NCBI RefSeq assembly: GCF_014698475.1
Contig: NZ_JACJTB010000020.1
Location: 1-64,000 of the forward strand
DNA: 64,000 nucleotides
Direction of reading: 5' to 3'
Source: Nostoc spongiaeforme FACHB-130
GTDB lineage: Bacteria; Cyanobacteriota; Cyanobacteriia; Cyanobacteriales; Nostocaceae
Shown here: positions 19,094 to 31,500 of the stretch, one piece after another
How positions within the stretch are numbered: position 1 is the stretch's first letter
Layout: every line of letters begins with the position of its first letter
Notes under the pieces: model-generated
What the model was told of the DNA's origin: nothing
Seen by the model: the letters and a program-made list of their open reading frames with translations, nothing else
The model's database searches: none
Position numbers and translations under genes: made by a program

Positions 19094-20160
19094 AATTCGC
19101 CTAAACTATATTCTTCTAGCCATTCCTCTAACTCCTCCTCATCCAACCTGCGTAGTAATGATTTTCCCTGCAAGCGGTCAACAACAATTACATCTGCAAC
19201 ATCAAATTCGTTGAGTAATTCCACAGACTGGGTAGAAACAATCACTTGCTTAGGGACAGTTTTTATTAAGGATGCCAAAATCTTGATGGCATAAGGATGG
19301 AGACCTAATTCCGGCTCATCAACTAAAATTGTTTCTGGTTGAAGTTCTTCCGGCTGCAAAAAAACCGTTGCTAAACAGATAAAACGCAACGTTCCATCAG
19401 AAAGGAAATGTGCTTTGAAGGGAATATCCTGTCCTTTCTCGAACCATTCCAGTTCAATAGATTCCTCGTTTTGTGGCGAAGGACGCAGGAGAAAGTCACC
19501 AAAGAACGGCGCAACAAGCCTGATGGTTTTAACGATTTTCTGATAAGATTTCTGATAATTCTCACGCAACAGATACAAAAAAGCTGCCAGATTACGCGCA
19601 TCAGGACGCAAGTAAACATTGTCATTGATACCATGCGGCTGTTTTACATAAGCACTATCACTGGTGTCATGAAAATGATAAACTCGCCACTGCCGCATCG
19701 TAGGTAAAACGTACTTATCAATTTGAGTCCCTGTACCTCTAGAGGCCTTTGTCTCGAAATGACCTTTACCTATTTCACGCTTACCACTCCTGTTCCACCA
19801 GGAAGACTCAGCAGCGAACATTAGGCGATTATCCTGAGTTGGTTCTAAAGTAGCGAAGTAGCCGTTATTGCCAAAATATAATTGAAATTCTAGTTGTTCT
19901 GTAGTTTTACGACCAAAGTACAATAAAGCATCAGGGCCACCTTGACGGCTAACAAAAACCTGTAGGTTCTGTTCTAGCAGCTGCTGAACCATACGGAAGA
20001 AGCCGATAAAATTGGATTTTCCCGCCCCATTAGCCCCAATTAAAATATTCACCCTGGAGAGTTCAAGGTCACACTCAGCGATAGACTTGAAGCCTTTCAA
20101 AACTATTCTCGACAGTTGTTTGTAACTGCGCGCCTCTGTCATGAACAGTCTCCCAGTCAA
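19054..20160 (-). CDS. ABC-type (SMC/OLD-like, AAA_21/AAA_15-class) ATPase
   Basis: 368 aa with Walker A GANGAGKSN, an ABC signature-like LSDGTLRF, Walker B ILVDEPELGLHP, and a possible D-loop. Confidence 0.8.
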   Translation of the reverse strand: MTGRLFMTEARSYKQLSRIVLKGFKSIAECDLELSRVNILIGANGAGKSNFIGFFRMVQQLLEQNLQVFVSRQGGPDALLYFGRKTTEQLEFQLYFGNNGYFATLEPTQDNRLMFAAESSWWNRSGKREIGKGHFETKASRGTGTQIDKYVLPTMRQWRVYHFHDTSDSAYVKQPHGINDNVYLRPDARNLAAFLYLLRENYQKSYQKIVKTIRLVAPFFGDFLLRPSPQNEESIELEWFEKGQDIPFKAHFLSDGTLRFICLATVFLQPEELQPETILVDEPELGLHPYAIKILASLIKTVPKQVIVSTQSVELLNEFDVADVIVVDRLQGKSLLRRLDEEELEEWLEEYSLGELWKKNLLGGRPSR

Positions 20161-20210
20161 CAGGCTTTTTCTACATAGGTTTCATTTTATCGAGTTTCTG
20201 CAAAAATGCT

Positions 20211-20268
20211 TTAATCCCACATTCCGCCTTCTCCTTTGTTAATTGGAGATCCAGAATGTGGGATTTAA
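20211..20268. repeat. Stem-loop (14-bp arms TTAATCCCACATTC / GAATGTGGGATTAA, about 29-nt loop) abutting the right 27-bp direct repeat
   Basis: Read directly. It lies between the convergent ATPase and tal genes. Confidence 0.7.
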
Positions 20269-20294
20269 TCATGGAATCTAAATCCTAGTAGTTT
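20268..20294. repeat. Right 27-bp direct repeat ATCATGGAATCTAAATCCTAGTAGTTT
   Basis: Read directly. Confidence 0.85.
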
Positions 20295-20422
20295 ACCAAC
20301 CCAATATTGCTGCTATGTAGACCTAGTAAGGGTGCAGGGGGAATTGAGGAAATCTTCTCCCCCCTTGCTCCCTGCTCCCTGCCCCGAAGCCTGCCATCAC
20401 GCAAAGTTCTCTTGGTAGACTA

Positions 20423-21427
20423 CTAGTGGCTGGCGACTACTTCTAAACTAGAGAGTCTGTCTGCCAATAGTTTTTCTAGGTCTTCTAAGGCTTTGGTAAA
20501 TCCTTTGATACCTTCGTCTAATTTGTCGTAAGCCATTTGGTCTTCGGCGTGCATTTTGTCGAAGGTGGCTTTGTCGATGGAGATTTTGGCAATATCCAAA
20601 GAAGCGACTTTAGAAGGATCAAGTTTGCGGGGTAGTTCGCCGATGGTGGCTTGCAATTCACCCAACAAAGAGGGAGAGATGGTGAGTAAATCACAACCAG
20701 CTAATTCAGTGATTTCACCAACGTTGCGGAAGCTTGCGCCCATAACTTCGGTTTTGTGGCCGAACTTTTTATAGTAGTTATAGATGGTGGTAACAGATAC
20801 TACGCCTGGATCTTCAGCAGATGGGTAGCTGTCGCGTCCAGTTGATTTTTTATACCAGTCCAGAATCCGACCGACGAAGGGAGAAATGAGGGTAACACCT
20901 GCTTCAGCACAAGCGATCGCTTGATGTAAACCAAACAATAAAGTTAAGTTACAGTGAATACCTTCTTTTTCGAGAATTTCGGCGGCGCGAATACCTTCCC
21001 AGGTACTAGCAATTTTAATCAAAATTCTTTCGGGGCCGATGCCAGCAGCTTTATACTGAGCAATGATTTCTCGACCTTTAGCGACTGTCGCTTCTGTGTC
21101 GTAAGATAAACGGGCATCAACTTCTGTAGAAACCCGACCAGGAATAATTTGCAGAATCTTCAAACCAAAGGATACAGCCAAGCGATCAAAGGCTAAAGAA
21201 ACAATTTGGGCTTGGCTTGCACCTGCACCAGCATCTTTTTTAGCTTGCAATAAAGTCTGGTCAACAATATCCTGATACTCTGGCATTTGTGCGGCAGCAG
21301 TAATCAAGGAAGGGTTGGTGGTCGCGTCTCTCGGTGTAAATTTTTCAATGGCTTTAATATCGCCAGTATCAGCAACTACTACTGTAACTTCGCGCAACTG
21401 TTCTAGTAAATTTTTAGACATAATCAA
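20423..21427 (-). CDS. tal: Transaldolase
   Basis: 334 aa with the typical bacterial transaldolase N-terminus ([18 protein letters not shown]...) and overall length. Confidence 0.9.
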   Translation of the reverse strand: MIMSKNLLEQLREVTVVVADTGDIKAIEKFTPRDATTNPSLITAAAQMPEYQDIVDQTLLQAKKDAGAGASQAQIVSLAFDRLAVSFGLKILQIIPGRVSTEVDARLSYDTEATVAKGREIIAQYKAAGIGPERILIKIASTWEGIRAAEILEKEGIHCNLTLLFGLHQAIACAEAGVTLISPFVGRILDWYKKSTGRDSYPSAEDPGVVSVTTIYNYYKKFGHKTEVMGASFRNVGEITELAGCDLLTISPSLLGELQATIGELPRKLDPSKVASLDIAKISIDKATFDKMHAEDQMAYDKLDEGIKGFTKALEDLEKLLADRLSSLEVVASH

Positions 21428-21570
21428 CTCCGCGATGGTGATTTGTGTAGGATTTACCTAATTCCCCTATGTGTTTACACTTTCTACGGTCGCTAAAATT
21501 CTGATTTCGGCAATCTTTCTTAATGCTTGCTTTGTTCACTGAGCGAAGCCTCAGCCTTATTCTAGCTACG

Positions 21571-23001
21571 TCAAGCGAGAATTGGCTGTCCAATAGAATG
21601 CACTTTGATTAAACTAGTTGTGCCTGATTTACCAATTGGAACGCCGGAAGTAATTACCACTTTATCGCCTTCATTGACTAAACCCGTGTCTGCAACTGTG
21701 TTGACGACGTTGATAAACATTTCCTCCGCATTGTGAACTGGGGGAATGAATATAGGTTCGATTCCCCAAGAAAGTGCTAGTTGGCGATAGGAGTTTTCAT
21801 CAGGGGTGAGGGCAATAATCGGCGCGGAAGGACGATATTTTGAAACTAATTTGGCTGTACTACCAGAGGTGGTATTACAAAGAATTGCCTTTGCGCCTGT
21901 TTCATAAGCGATGCGACATACTGCTTCAGCCACCGATTCGGTAACGCTGAGACTACCTGCTTCGTGACACCAGGAATGTTTACCACCTTCTTGCAAAGCT
22001 TGTTCTGTCCGTACAGCGATGTTGTGCATAATTTGCACCGCCGCTATAGGAAATTGACCAACGGCTGTTTCGCCAGAAAGCATAACAGCATCAGTACCAT
22101 CCAAAATGGAGTTAGCAACGTCGGTGGCTTCGGCGCGGGTGGGGTCTGGTGAACTAATCATTGACTCCAACATTTGGGTAGCAGTAATCACGGGTTTACC
22201 AGCCTGATTACAACGGCGAATAATATCCTTTTGAATCAGGGGAACTTCGTGAATGGGGACTTCTACCCCCAAATCGCCACGGGCAATCATAATGCCGTCA
22301 GCAACTTGTAAGATGGAGTCAAAACGCTCAACTGCTTCTGGTCTTTCGATTTTGGCAATTAAACGAATTGCGGCCCCAGCAGCTTCAATCATCCGTTGGG
22401 CAGGTTCTAAATCTTGGGGCGATCGCACAAAGGAAACCGCCGCAAAATCTACACCTATCTGGATGCCAAAGCGTAAATCCATCAAGTCTTTTTCGGTGAT
22501 TGAACTTACGGGTAATGGTGTTTCTGGCAGATTAACGCCCTTGTGAGTGGAAATTAACCCGCCAATTTTCACCAACGCCCGAATTTTATCGGCATCGCGA
22601 TCGGTGACAATTAACTTTACACGTCCATCATTAATTAAAATCGGTTCCCCTGGTCTAACCATTGCGAACAAAGTCGGCAAGGGTAAAGGCAGTTCGTCGA
22701 TACTATTGCCTTTGTCTTGCAAAACAAATGTGACTTCTTCCCCAGCTTCGACATTTAGTCCTTCTGGTGGTAAAACTCCTAGACGAATTTTCGGGCCACA
22801 AAGGTCTTGCATAATTGCCACTGGCTTTTGGCGATCGGCACTAATTTGCCGTAAATATTTAGCCGTTTGTCCGTGAAATTCATGAGCGCCGTGTGAAAAG
22901 TTTAACCTCGCTATATTCATCCCAGCTTCTACAAGGGCTTGTAGTTTTTCCGGTGCAGAACTAGCAGGGCCAACAGTGCAAATAATTTTGGTTCGACGCA
23001 T
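21571..23001 (-). CDS. pyk: Pyruvate kinase
   Basis: 476 aa; the N-terminus MRRTKIICTVGPASS...NFSHG is canonical for pyruvate kinase. Confidence 0.92.
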   Translation of the reverse strand: MRRTKIICTVGPASSAPEKLQALVEAGMNIARLNFSHGAHEFHGQTAKYLRQISADRQKPVAIMQDLCGPKIRLGVLPPEGLNVEAGEEVTFVLQDKGNSIDELPLPLPTLFAMVRPGEPILINDGRVKLIVTDRDADKIRALVKIGGLISTHKGVNLPETPLPVSSITEKDLMDLRFGIQIGVDFAAVSFVRSPQDLEPAQRMIEAAGAAIRLIAKIERPEAVERFDSILQVADGIMIARGDLGVEVPIHEVPLIQKDIIRRCNQAGKPVITATQMLESMISSPDPTRAEATDVANSILDGTDAVMLSGETAVGQFPIAAVQIMHNIAVRTEQALQEGGKHSWCHEAGSLSVTESVAEAVCRIAYETGAKAILCNTTSGSTAKLVSKYRPSAPIIALTPDENSYRQLALSWGIEPIFIPPVHNAEEMFINVVNTVADTGLVNEGDKVVITSGVPIGKSGTTSLIKVHSIGQPILA

Positions 23002-23288
23002 AGGGATTAGGGTTCGGGTCTATATTGCGATATAGCGCAGGAGGCAGGAGGCACTCCGGCTTTGCCGGAGAAGTCAAAAGTAAAAAACCAAAAGTCAAAA
23101 GTATTAGTACTTTTGAAATTTCCTAGTCTTTCTGACTACCGCTATCAATGCTTTCCAGAATTGCCTGCATCTATATCACTTGTGCTTCATATCACTCCTT
23201 TTGTATGTAAAAACACTTTTTTATGAAGTCTGAAGTGCGAAAGCTAAAGTATAAATTTCATACTTCATACTTCACACTTCAGACTTTA

Positions 23289-24329
<1,041 letters not shown>

Positions 24330-24439
24330 TCAACCTCCTAGTTGAGAACAACCCAGGTCTGTTCTCCGTTTCAGCGCGGCATTTAGCTGGGTTAATTTTG
24401 GTCTGACTGAGCTGATCGTGACAGTATTAGACACCTAAA

Positions 24440-24545
24440 CGCATTTTGTTAGATATCTTTTAAGGTTTTGGGATTTTATCAGTAAACAGTGAACAGTGAA
24501 CTGATAACTGTTCACTGTTTACTGATAACTGTTCACTGTTCACTG
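24440..24545. repeat. Cluster of direct and inverted 10-12 nt repeats (CAGTGAACAG / CTGTTCACTG; ACTGATAACTGTTCACTGTTTACTG ×2) between the xfp stop and the gap start
   Basis: Read directly. Confidence 0.7.
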
Positions 24546-24547
24546 TT

Positions 24548-26929
24548 TTAATACGGCCACTGCCAGTTGCGGATTTCGGGCATATCTTCGCCGTATTGGG
24601 AAATGTAGTGTTTGTGTTTGATCAGCTTATCTTGTAGGTGTTGTTTGATGTATGCGGCTTTGTAACCTAGTTTCGGGACGCGATCGATTACATCCATAAC
24701 CAAATGATAGCGATCGAGGTCGTTGAGAACCACCATATCAAAGGGTGTTGTGGTCGTGCCTTCTTCTTTGTAACCACGGACATGGAGGTTCTGATGATTG
24801 GTTTGCCGATAGGTTAACCGATGGATTAACCAAGGATAGCCATGAAAGGCGAAGATAATTGGTTTATCGGTTGTGAAAATTGTATCGAAGTCTTTGGTAC
24901 TTAAACCGTGAGGATGCTCACTTTTTGGCTGTAATGTCATCAAATCAACGACGTTGACCACCCTAACTTTTAAGTCTGGGAAGAATTGACGCAGCATATC
25001 CACAGCCGCCAAGGTTTCTAAGGTGGGTACATCCCCAGCACAAGCCATGACTACATCTGGTTCACTACCTTGGTCGTTACTTGCCCATTCCCAAATGCCT
25101 ATGCCTTTGGTGCAGTGTTTAATGGCTGCATCCATATCCAGATACTGCAAGGCTGGTTGTTTGCCGGCAATAATCACGTTGACATAGTTCCGGCTTCTTA
25201 GGCAGTGGTCGGTTACAGAAAGTAAGGTGTTGGCATCGGGGGGAAGATAGACGCGAATTACTTCTGATTTTTTGTTGACTACATGGTCGATAAAACCAGG
25301 GTCTTGGTGCGAGAAGCCGTTGTGGTCTTGTCGCCAAACGTGAGAGGTGAGTAAGTAATTTAGGGAAGCAACTGGTCTGCGCCAGGAAATATGGCGCGTG
25401 GTTTTCAACCATTTGGCGTGCTGGTTGAACATGGAGTCAATGATATGGATAAATGCTTCGTAGCAGGAGAAGAATCCATGACGACCAGTCAGGAGATAGC
25501 CTTCTAACCAACCTTGACAATTGGTTTCGCTGAGAATTTCCATTACCCGACCGTTGGGTGAGAGGTGTTCGTCTTCGGGCAGGATTTTGGAAACCCAAGT
25601 TCTATCGGTGACTTCAAAGATGGCATCTAAACGATTGGAGGCGGTTTCATCAGGGCCAAAAACGCGGAAATTCCGGCTGTCGAGGTTGAGTTTCATCACA
25701 TCCCGGAGGAATTGGCCTGTGACTTTGGTGGCTTCTGCTTCGACTTTGCCGGGTTGGGGAATATGTACGGCATAATCTTGGAAGTTGGGCATTCGCAAAT
25801 CACGCAACAAGATACCGCCGTTAGCGTGGGGATTATCGCCCATCCGCCGCAGGCCTGTGGGGGCTAATTGGGCGAGTTCGGGGATGAGTTTACCGTTTGC
25901 GTCGAAGAGTTCTTCGGGTTTGTAACTCTTCATCCAGTCTTCGAGTAATTTTAAATGTTGTGGCTGTTGCGCGATCGCACCAAAGGGGACTTGATGCGAT
26001 CGCCAAAAATCTTCGGTTTTCTTACCATCAACTTCTTTTGGCCCTGTCCAGCCTTTGGGGGTTCGCAAAATAATCATCGGCCAGCGTGGACGTTCTATAA
26101 ATCCATGTACGCGGGCTTCTCTTTGGATGTTTTGAATTTCGGAAATGATTGTATCTAAGGTTGCTGCCATCTGTTGATGCACGTCTGTGGGTTCGGAACC
26201 TTCGACAAAGTAAGGTTTATAGCCATAACCCACAAATAAGCTTTCTAATTCTTCATCGCTTAAGCGAGACAACACTGTTGGGTTAGCAATTTTATAGCCG
26301 TTGAGGTGCAGAATCGGCAAAACTGCCCCGTCATTCACTGGGTTGAGAAACTTATTGGAGTGCCAACTTGTAGCTAAAGCCCCAGTTTCAGCTTCACCAT
26401 CACCCACAACCGCCGCCACAATCAAATCAGGGTTGTCGAAAGCTGCACCAAAAGCGTGTACCAAGGCATAACCCAATTCCCCACCTTCGTGAATTGAACC
26501 AGGGGTTTCGGGGGCGACGTGACTAGGAATCCCACCAGGGAAAGAAAACTGTTTGAACAACTGCTTCATTCCCTCAACATCTTGGGAAATGTTGGGATAG
26601 TATTCGCTGTAAGTTCCTTCTAGGTAGGTGTTCGCCACTAAGCCAGGGCCGCCATGACCAGGGCCAGCAATATAAATTATGTCCGTATCATATTTTTTAA
26701 TGATGCGGTTGAGATGGACATAAATCAAATTCAGCCCTGGTGTTGTTCCCCAATGTCCTAAAAGTCGGGGTTTGACGTGTTCGATTTTCAGGGTTTCTCT
26801 CAGCAGTGGATTGTCTAGTAGATAGATTTGCCCTACTGACAAATAGTTCGCCGCCCGCCAGTAGGCGTTAATTTTCTGCAATTCTTCGTCTGTTAAAGGC
26901 TTTGTTTGTGGAGAGATTGCTAAAGTCAT
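24548..26929 (-). CDS. xfp: Xylulose-5-phosphate/fructose-6-phosphate phosphoketolase
   Basis: 793 aa; the N-terminus ([32 protein letters not shown]) and the length match the XFP family. Confidence 0.92.
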   Translation of the reverse strand: MTLAISPQTKPLTDEELQKINAYWRAANYLSVGQIYLLDNPLLRETLKIEHVKPRLLGHWGTTPGLNLIYVHLNRIIKKYDTDIIYIAGPGHGGPGLVANTYLEGTYSEYYPNISQDVEGMKQLFKQFSFPGGIPSHVAPETPGSIHEGGELGYALVHAFGAAFDNPDLIVAAVVGDGEAETGALATSWHSNKFLNPVNDGAVLPILHLNGYKIANPTVLSRLSDEELESLFVGYGYKPYFVEGSEPTDVHQQMAATLDTIISEIQNIQREARVHGFIERPRWPMIILRTPKGWTGPKEVDGKKTEDFWRSHQVPFGAIAQQPQHLKLLEDWMKSYKPEELFDANGKLIPELAQLAPTGLRRMGDNPHANGGILLRDLRMPNFQDYAVHIPQPGKVEAEATKVTGQFLRDVMKLNLDSRNFRVFGPDETASNRLDAIFEVTDRTWVSKILPEDEHLSPNGRVMEILSETNCQGWLEGYLLTGRHGFFSCYEAFIHIIDSMFNQHAKWLKTTRHISWRRPVASLNYLLTSHVWRQDHNGFSHQDPGFIDHVVNKKSEVIRVYLPPDANTLLSVTDHCLRSRNYVNVIIAGKQPALQYLDMDAAIKHCTKGIGIWEWASNDQGSEPDVVMACAGDVPTLETLAAVDMLRQFFPDLKVRVVNVVDLMTLQPKSEHPHGLSTKDFDTIFTTDKPIIFAFHGYPWLIHRLTYRQTNHQNLHVRGYKEEGTTTTPFDMVVLNDLDRYHLVMDVIDRVPKLGYKAAYIKQHLQDKLIKHKHYISQYGEDMPEIRNWQWPY

Positions 26930-27472
26930 AACAAATTTCCGTATACAACAGGATTTTGACCTTGTTTCGTAAGCTAGTGTAGTGGTCTATGCAATAACGG
27001 CCATCCTACTCATGACAAATTTTTTCCAGCGCCAATCAGGAAAAACTTGTACTTTGTTGTTGCGATCGCTGGTGTGAAAATTTTTAGTGAGTGATAAATA
27101 ATTCCCGACTATCTCCTGCTTGAGAGAGTAGCAGATATAACCAAGATGATTCGCTAGTTTTAAGATTTTTTTAAACCATTTATGACAAATGCCAAAAATT
27201 CACTATAGAAGTTGGTTTAGAAAAGATAATCTTATTAAAGAAATATTACTTTTACTAAAAAATATTAAAGAATCTAGCCTTCACTAGTCTGTGAAGGTAC
27301 GAATTTATCTGCGTGCATCTGTTCAGTTTTCTACATTCATTTAATGATCACCGAAATCAGAATTGAATCATAGTGTTAGATGGAGAATCCATAGCTTGCT
27401 TTTAAATCACAAACATTTCCCAGAACAGCAACAATTGAGAATAAGCAATCATCAGAATTCTCCATCGAATTT

Positions 27473-27658
27473 TTAAGGCGCTCCAATTCTGCCCTCAATA
27501 GGTAAACCTTGATTTAACCAATGTTCAGTGGCAGCTTTGTAATTAGTGCCGTAAGCTTGCTTTAAGTCAGGATATCTATCCAGGTAATACTTCACATCAA
27601 ATGCAGGTGAGCCTACTCTGCCCTCATATAGATGCGATGACAGAGGCATTGTTAGCAT
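27473..27658 (-). pseudogene. Out-of-frame C-terminal continuation of the repeat protein (frameshift near 27624-27658), carrying a YL..YPDL..AYG.N...A..HW...G..EGR tail motif
   Basis: The 61-aa ORF overlaps the 3' end of the 253-aa ORF by 35 bp in another frame, and its sequence looks like a conserved C-terminal module rather than an independent gene. Confidence 0.4.
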
Positions 27659-28385
27659 TACCTATAGTTCCTCCTCTATCACAGTCAGAGGTATAAACAT
27701 AACGAGTAGCCACATAACCAGAAGGTGGTGTCAAACCACATATTGTTAACCCTGTAACGGGAGTTTCGAGAACACTAGCGTTGTCAGATGTACTTGTCGT
27801 TTGTTGCTGACGGCATTCCAACACATAAGTATAACGAACAGCCACATAACCAGTCGGGGGTGTGAAGCCACATATCGTTAATCTTGAAGAGGGAGTTCGG
27901 ATGGTAGCAGCATTTTGTGAAGTACCTGTACTTAATCCTGTACGACATCCTGACGCATAAATATAATTAACAGCCACATAACCAGTCGGGGGTGTAAAGC
28001 CGCATATCGTTAATCCTGATGAGGGCGTTCGGATAACAGCAGCATTTTGTGAAGTACCTGAAAGTCCTTCTTTACGGCATTCCGACGAATAAGTATAATT
28101 AACAGCCACATAACCATTAGGGGGTGTGAAGCCGCATATCGTTAATCCTGATGAGGGAGTTCGGATGGTAACAGCATTTGGCGAAGTATCTGTAGTTCCT
28201 CCTGTACGGCATTCAGGTAAATAACGATAACCAACAGCCACATAACCAGGCGGAGGTGTGAAGCCACATATAGTCCTTAGAGACTGTGCTGTGGTTACTT
28301 CTGGATAGACAAAGGATGAAAGGGTAAAAGCTAATGCAGTTCCAACATTAGTCAAAAGTCGTGCTGCTAAGGAGGTTTTTGACAC
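27624..28385 (-). CDS. Secreted repetitive protein with five ~46-aa Cys-containing repeats (LTICGFTPP.GYVAV.YTY..ECR)
   Basis: 253 aa with a signal peptide and 5 tandem repeats of about 138 nt. Confidence 0.6.
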   Translation of the reverse strand: MSKTSLAARLLTNVGTALAFTLSSFVYPEVTTAQSLRTICGFTPPPGYVAVGYRYLPECRTGGTTDTSPNAVTIRTPSSGLTICGFTPPNGYVAVNYTYSSECRKEGLSGTSQNAAVIRTPSSGLTICGFTPPTGYVAVNYIYASGCRTGLSTGTSQNAATIRTPSSRLTICGFTPPTGYVAVRYTYVLECRQQQTTSTSDNASVLETPVTGLTICGLTPPSGYVATRYVYTSDCDRGGTIGNANNASVIASI

Positions 28386-28590
28386 TGTATTGCTCCAAAA
28401 TCATGAATAAGGTGCAATCTGTTAATTGACAAATGTCAATAACAGTACCCTATTCAGTCATTTCACTAGTTTTGCTATGTTTTATGCTAAATTTCGCTAC
28501 TGAAATTACCAACTACAAATTATTTAGGCTTAATCCAGTTGTATACAACTAACTTAGAACCGCAAGAAAAAGGGAAATTTCTTGTTTTTC

Positions 28591-31500
28591 CTAAACCGAC
28601 AACCTTACCTGTGAACCTTGTTGAGTCTTATGCACTTCAATTCTGGCTTGAAAGGCTTCTTTGAGGTGGGGCATGTGGGTAACGGTGAGGATACAGGCGA
28701 AATCAGAGGCGATCGCATTTATGGCTGCAATCAGGCGATCGCATCCTTCGGCATCTTGTGTACCAAAGCCTTCGTCGATAATTAACAGTTGCAACGCCGC
28801 CCCCGCCCTTTGTGCTAATAATTTCGCCATTGCTAACCGAATGGCAAAGTTAATTCTAAAGGCTTCCCCACCAGAGTAAGTCTCATAAGCGCGGGTTCCT
28901 TTGGCATCGGCAATTAAAATATCTAAGGTATCAATTAACTTGGCATTTTTCTTGGTAGATTTGCTGCTTCTGCCTGCTTTTTGCGTAACAAATTGTACAT
29001 GCAATTGATTGGCACTCAACCGCGCTAATAACTGATTTGTCTCAGCTTCTAGTTGGGGCAGAACATTTTCAATCATCAGTGCTTGGATACCATTTTTACC
29101 AAACGCCAAAGCTAACTCATGGTAAACACGGTACTGTTTTTTACAAGCTTGCAGTTGTTGTTGTTGTTCCTCATACTGCACTTGCAAGGTTTCTAATTGA
29201 TGGGCGAGTTGTTCTAAGCGCCCTAATTTGGCAATTTGTTCATCAAGTTGTCTTCTGCGGATAGCTAATTGCTGTTCTAAAGCTTGAATTTGCTCAATCG
29301 GGTTGGCAGACTGGGCTAGTTGTTGGACAATTTCATCAATTTGGCTGGCGAGTTGTTGTCGTTCGTTCAACCGAGTAGTTTTCGCCGCTTCTAGTTCTTG
29401 TAATCTGCCTTGCAATTGGGGATATTGCTGTTGGGCTGAGAGTAATTGTTGATAACGTAACTGCCAACCTTGACTTTGGCGGACGGCTTGACGTAGGTTA
29501 TTATGCTGCTCTGCACTATAACCAATTTCTGTAATTTGACGCTCTAGGGCGGTAATTTGTTGGGCGCACTCAGAATCAATTTGTTCTTGCTGGATTCTGG
29601 TTTGTAATTGGGTGATAGTTGCTTGTAATTCTGGTTTGCGGGCGGCTAGTTGAGTTTGGCGTTTGAGTGCGTCTTTAATTTGCCCTTGTTTAATCTCTGC
29701 CCAGCGCCATCTTTCGACTTCACTCCGCGCTAAGGCATGGTCTTGCTCATTGTAATTTAATTGTTGCAGATATTCGTCTAATTTTCTCAGTTCTTGCTGT
29801 TTATCTTGGGCATAATCACCCACTTGGAGCGATCGCTCTAAATGTTGTCTTTCCTGTGCCAGTTGTTCTAACTGTTCTTCTGCATCGCTGGTTGATTCTA
29901 GTTGGGCGGCTAATTGTCCGCGTTGTTCTCGCAAAGAGTCATAAGGTGATAATTTTTGGGAAATTGCTCGATATTCTTGCCGCAAAGCCTGAATTTCTCT
30001 GTCTGTACAAGCTAATTGCTCACGAAATACCCACAATTGCTCCTCAGTTTCCTTGTATTCTGATTTAGTTTTATCAGCAACCCGATTCCAATGATGCTCA
30101 TCTAACGGACGTTCACACAATGGGCAAATTGCATCAGGGTTGCGAAGCATTTGTAATTTTTGGTCTAATTCGCCTAATAACCTCTCATATTCTCGTTGCT
30201 GTCCTTGCAGGCGCTCAATAAAGTGCCTTCTTTCTTGACCTTTTTCTTGCACCCGTTGTAAATAAACTCGCTCTTTCTCCATTTGTTCAATTTGCATCGC
30301 CACCGCCATCACCGCTTGTTGTAGTTCCGGGTGGCGTTGGGAGGCGCGTTGCAGTTGATTTTCTGTAGCTTGGATTTGTTCTAATCTGGCGACTAAACTA
30401 GCTTGGATTCTATCTAAATAAGTTTGCAAACTTTGACGCTGTTGCAATAAAGGCGAAACCTGCATTTGTAATTCATCCAACTGCGTCACCCGACGACGGG
30501 CGGCGTTGAGTTGTCCTAATGCGGCTTCGACTTCGCCTGATTTACTGAGGGTGTGCTGAATTTCCTGTTCTTGCTGTGCTAAGGCTTCCAGTTGTGCTTG
30601 GACTTGTTGGAGTTGTCTTTCAATTTCGTGAATTTGCTGAGTTAATTGCTGCTGCTTTTGTTGACGGAGGGCTGTGGCGCGGGTGTGTTGTTCAAATTTA
30701 GCCGCAAAAGCTTCTTCTTGAGATTGGAGACTTTGATAATGGGCGTAACCGTTTTTAATGTCTGCTTCTTGATTTAAGATAGCGGCTAACTCCGCCAGTT
30801 GGGTTTTAACAGATGATTGTTCTTGGTGGAGGCGATCGCAATCTTGAGTTAAATTTTGATATTGTTGCCTTACAAAGCTCAGTTGTTGTTCCCAATTTTG
30901 TCGCTGGTGCTGGACAACCTGCAAACTTTGTAATTGAATATTCTCAAAAGCTTGCACCTGTTGAAGCTGATTCAGTTCAGCTTCTAATTCTACCCGTTGC
31001 GCTTCTGTAAATTCTCGTTGTTGCAGTTGAACTTTAATCGCTTCCAAAGAACGCTCTAATTCTTCCACCCTCGCCTTATATTGTCGAGAAGATTCTTTCG
31101 CCCGTTCTTCTAAATCATCATACTGGGTGAGTTTTAACAACTCTGCCAAAATTTCCTTACGTTCTGTCGGGCGCTTCAACATAAATTCATCCGCACGACC
31201 TTGACGCAAGTAAGCAGAATTAATAAAAGTATCGTAATCGAGTTTGATATGTTCTAAAATCAAGTCCTGTGTTGCCCGTACCCCTTTACCAGTCAACGGA
31301 CGAAAACCAGCAGGCGTTTCGATTTGAAATTCTAAAACACTGGTTGCACCTCTAATTCTGGTGCGAATGACGCGATAAAGTTGCTGGTTAATGTGAAACG
31401 TGAAATCAACCCGGACTTCTTTAGCCCCAGCGTGAATCACATCATCTTCAACAGCCGCACGACTTTCACCCCAAATTGCCCATGTAATCGCCTCAAGCAA

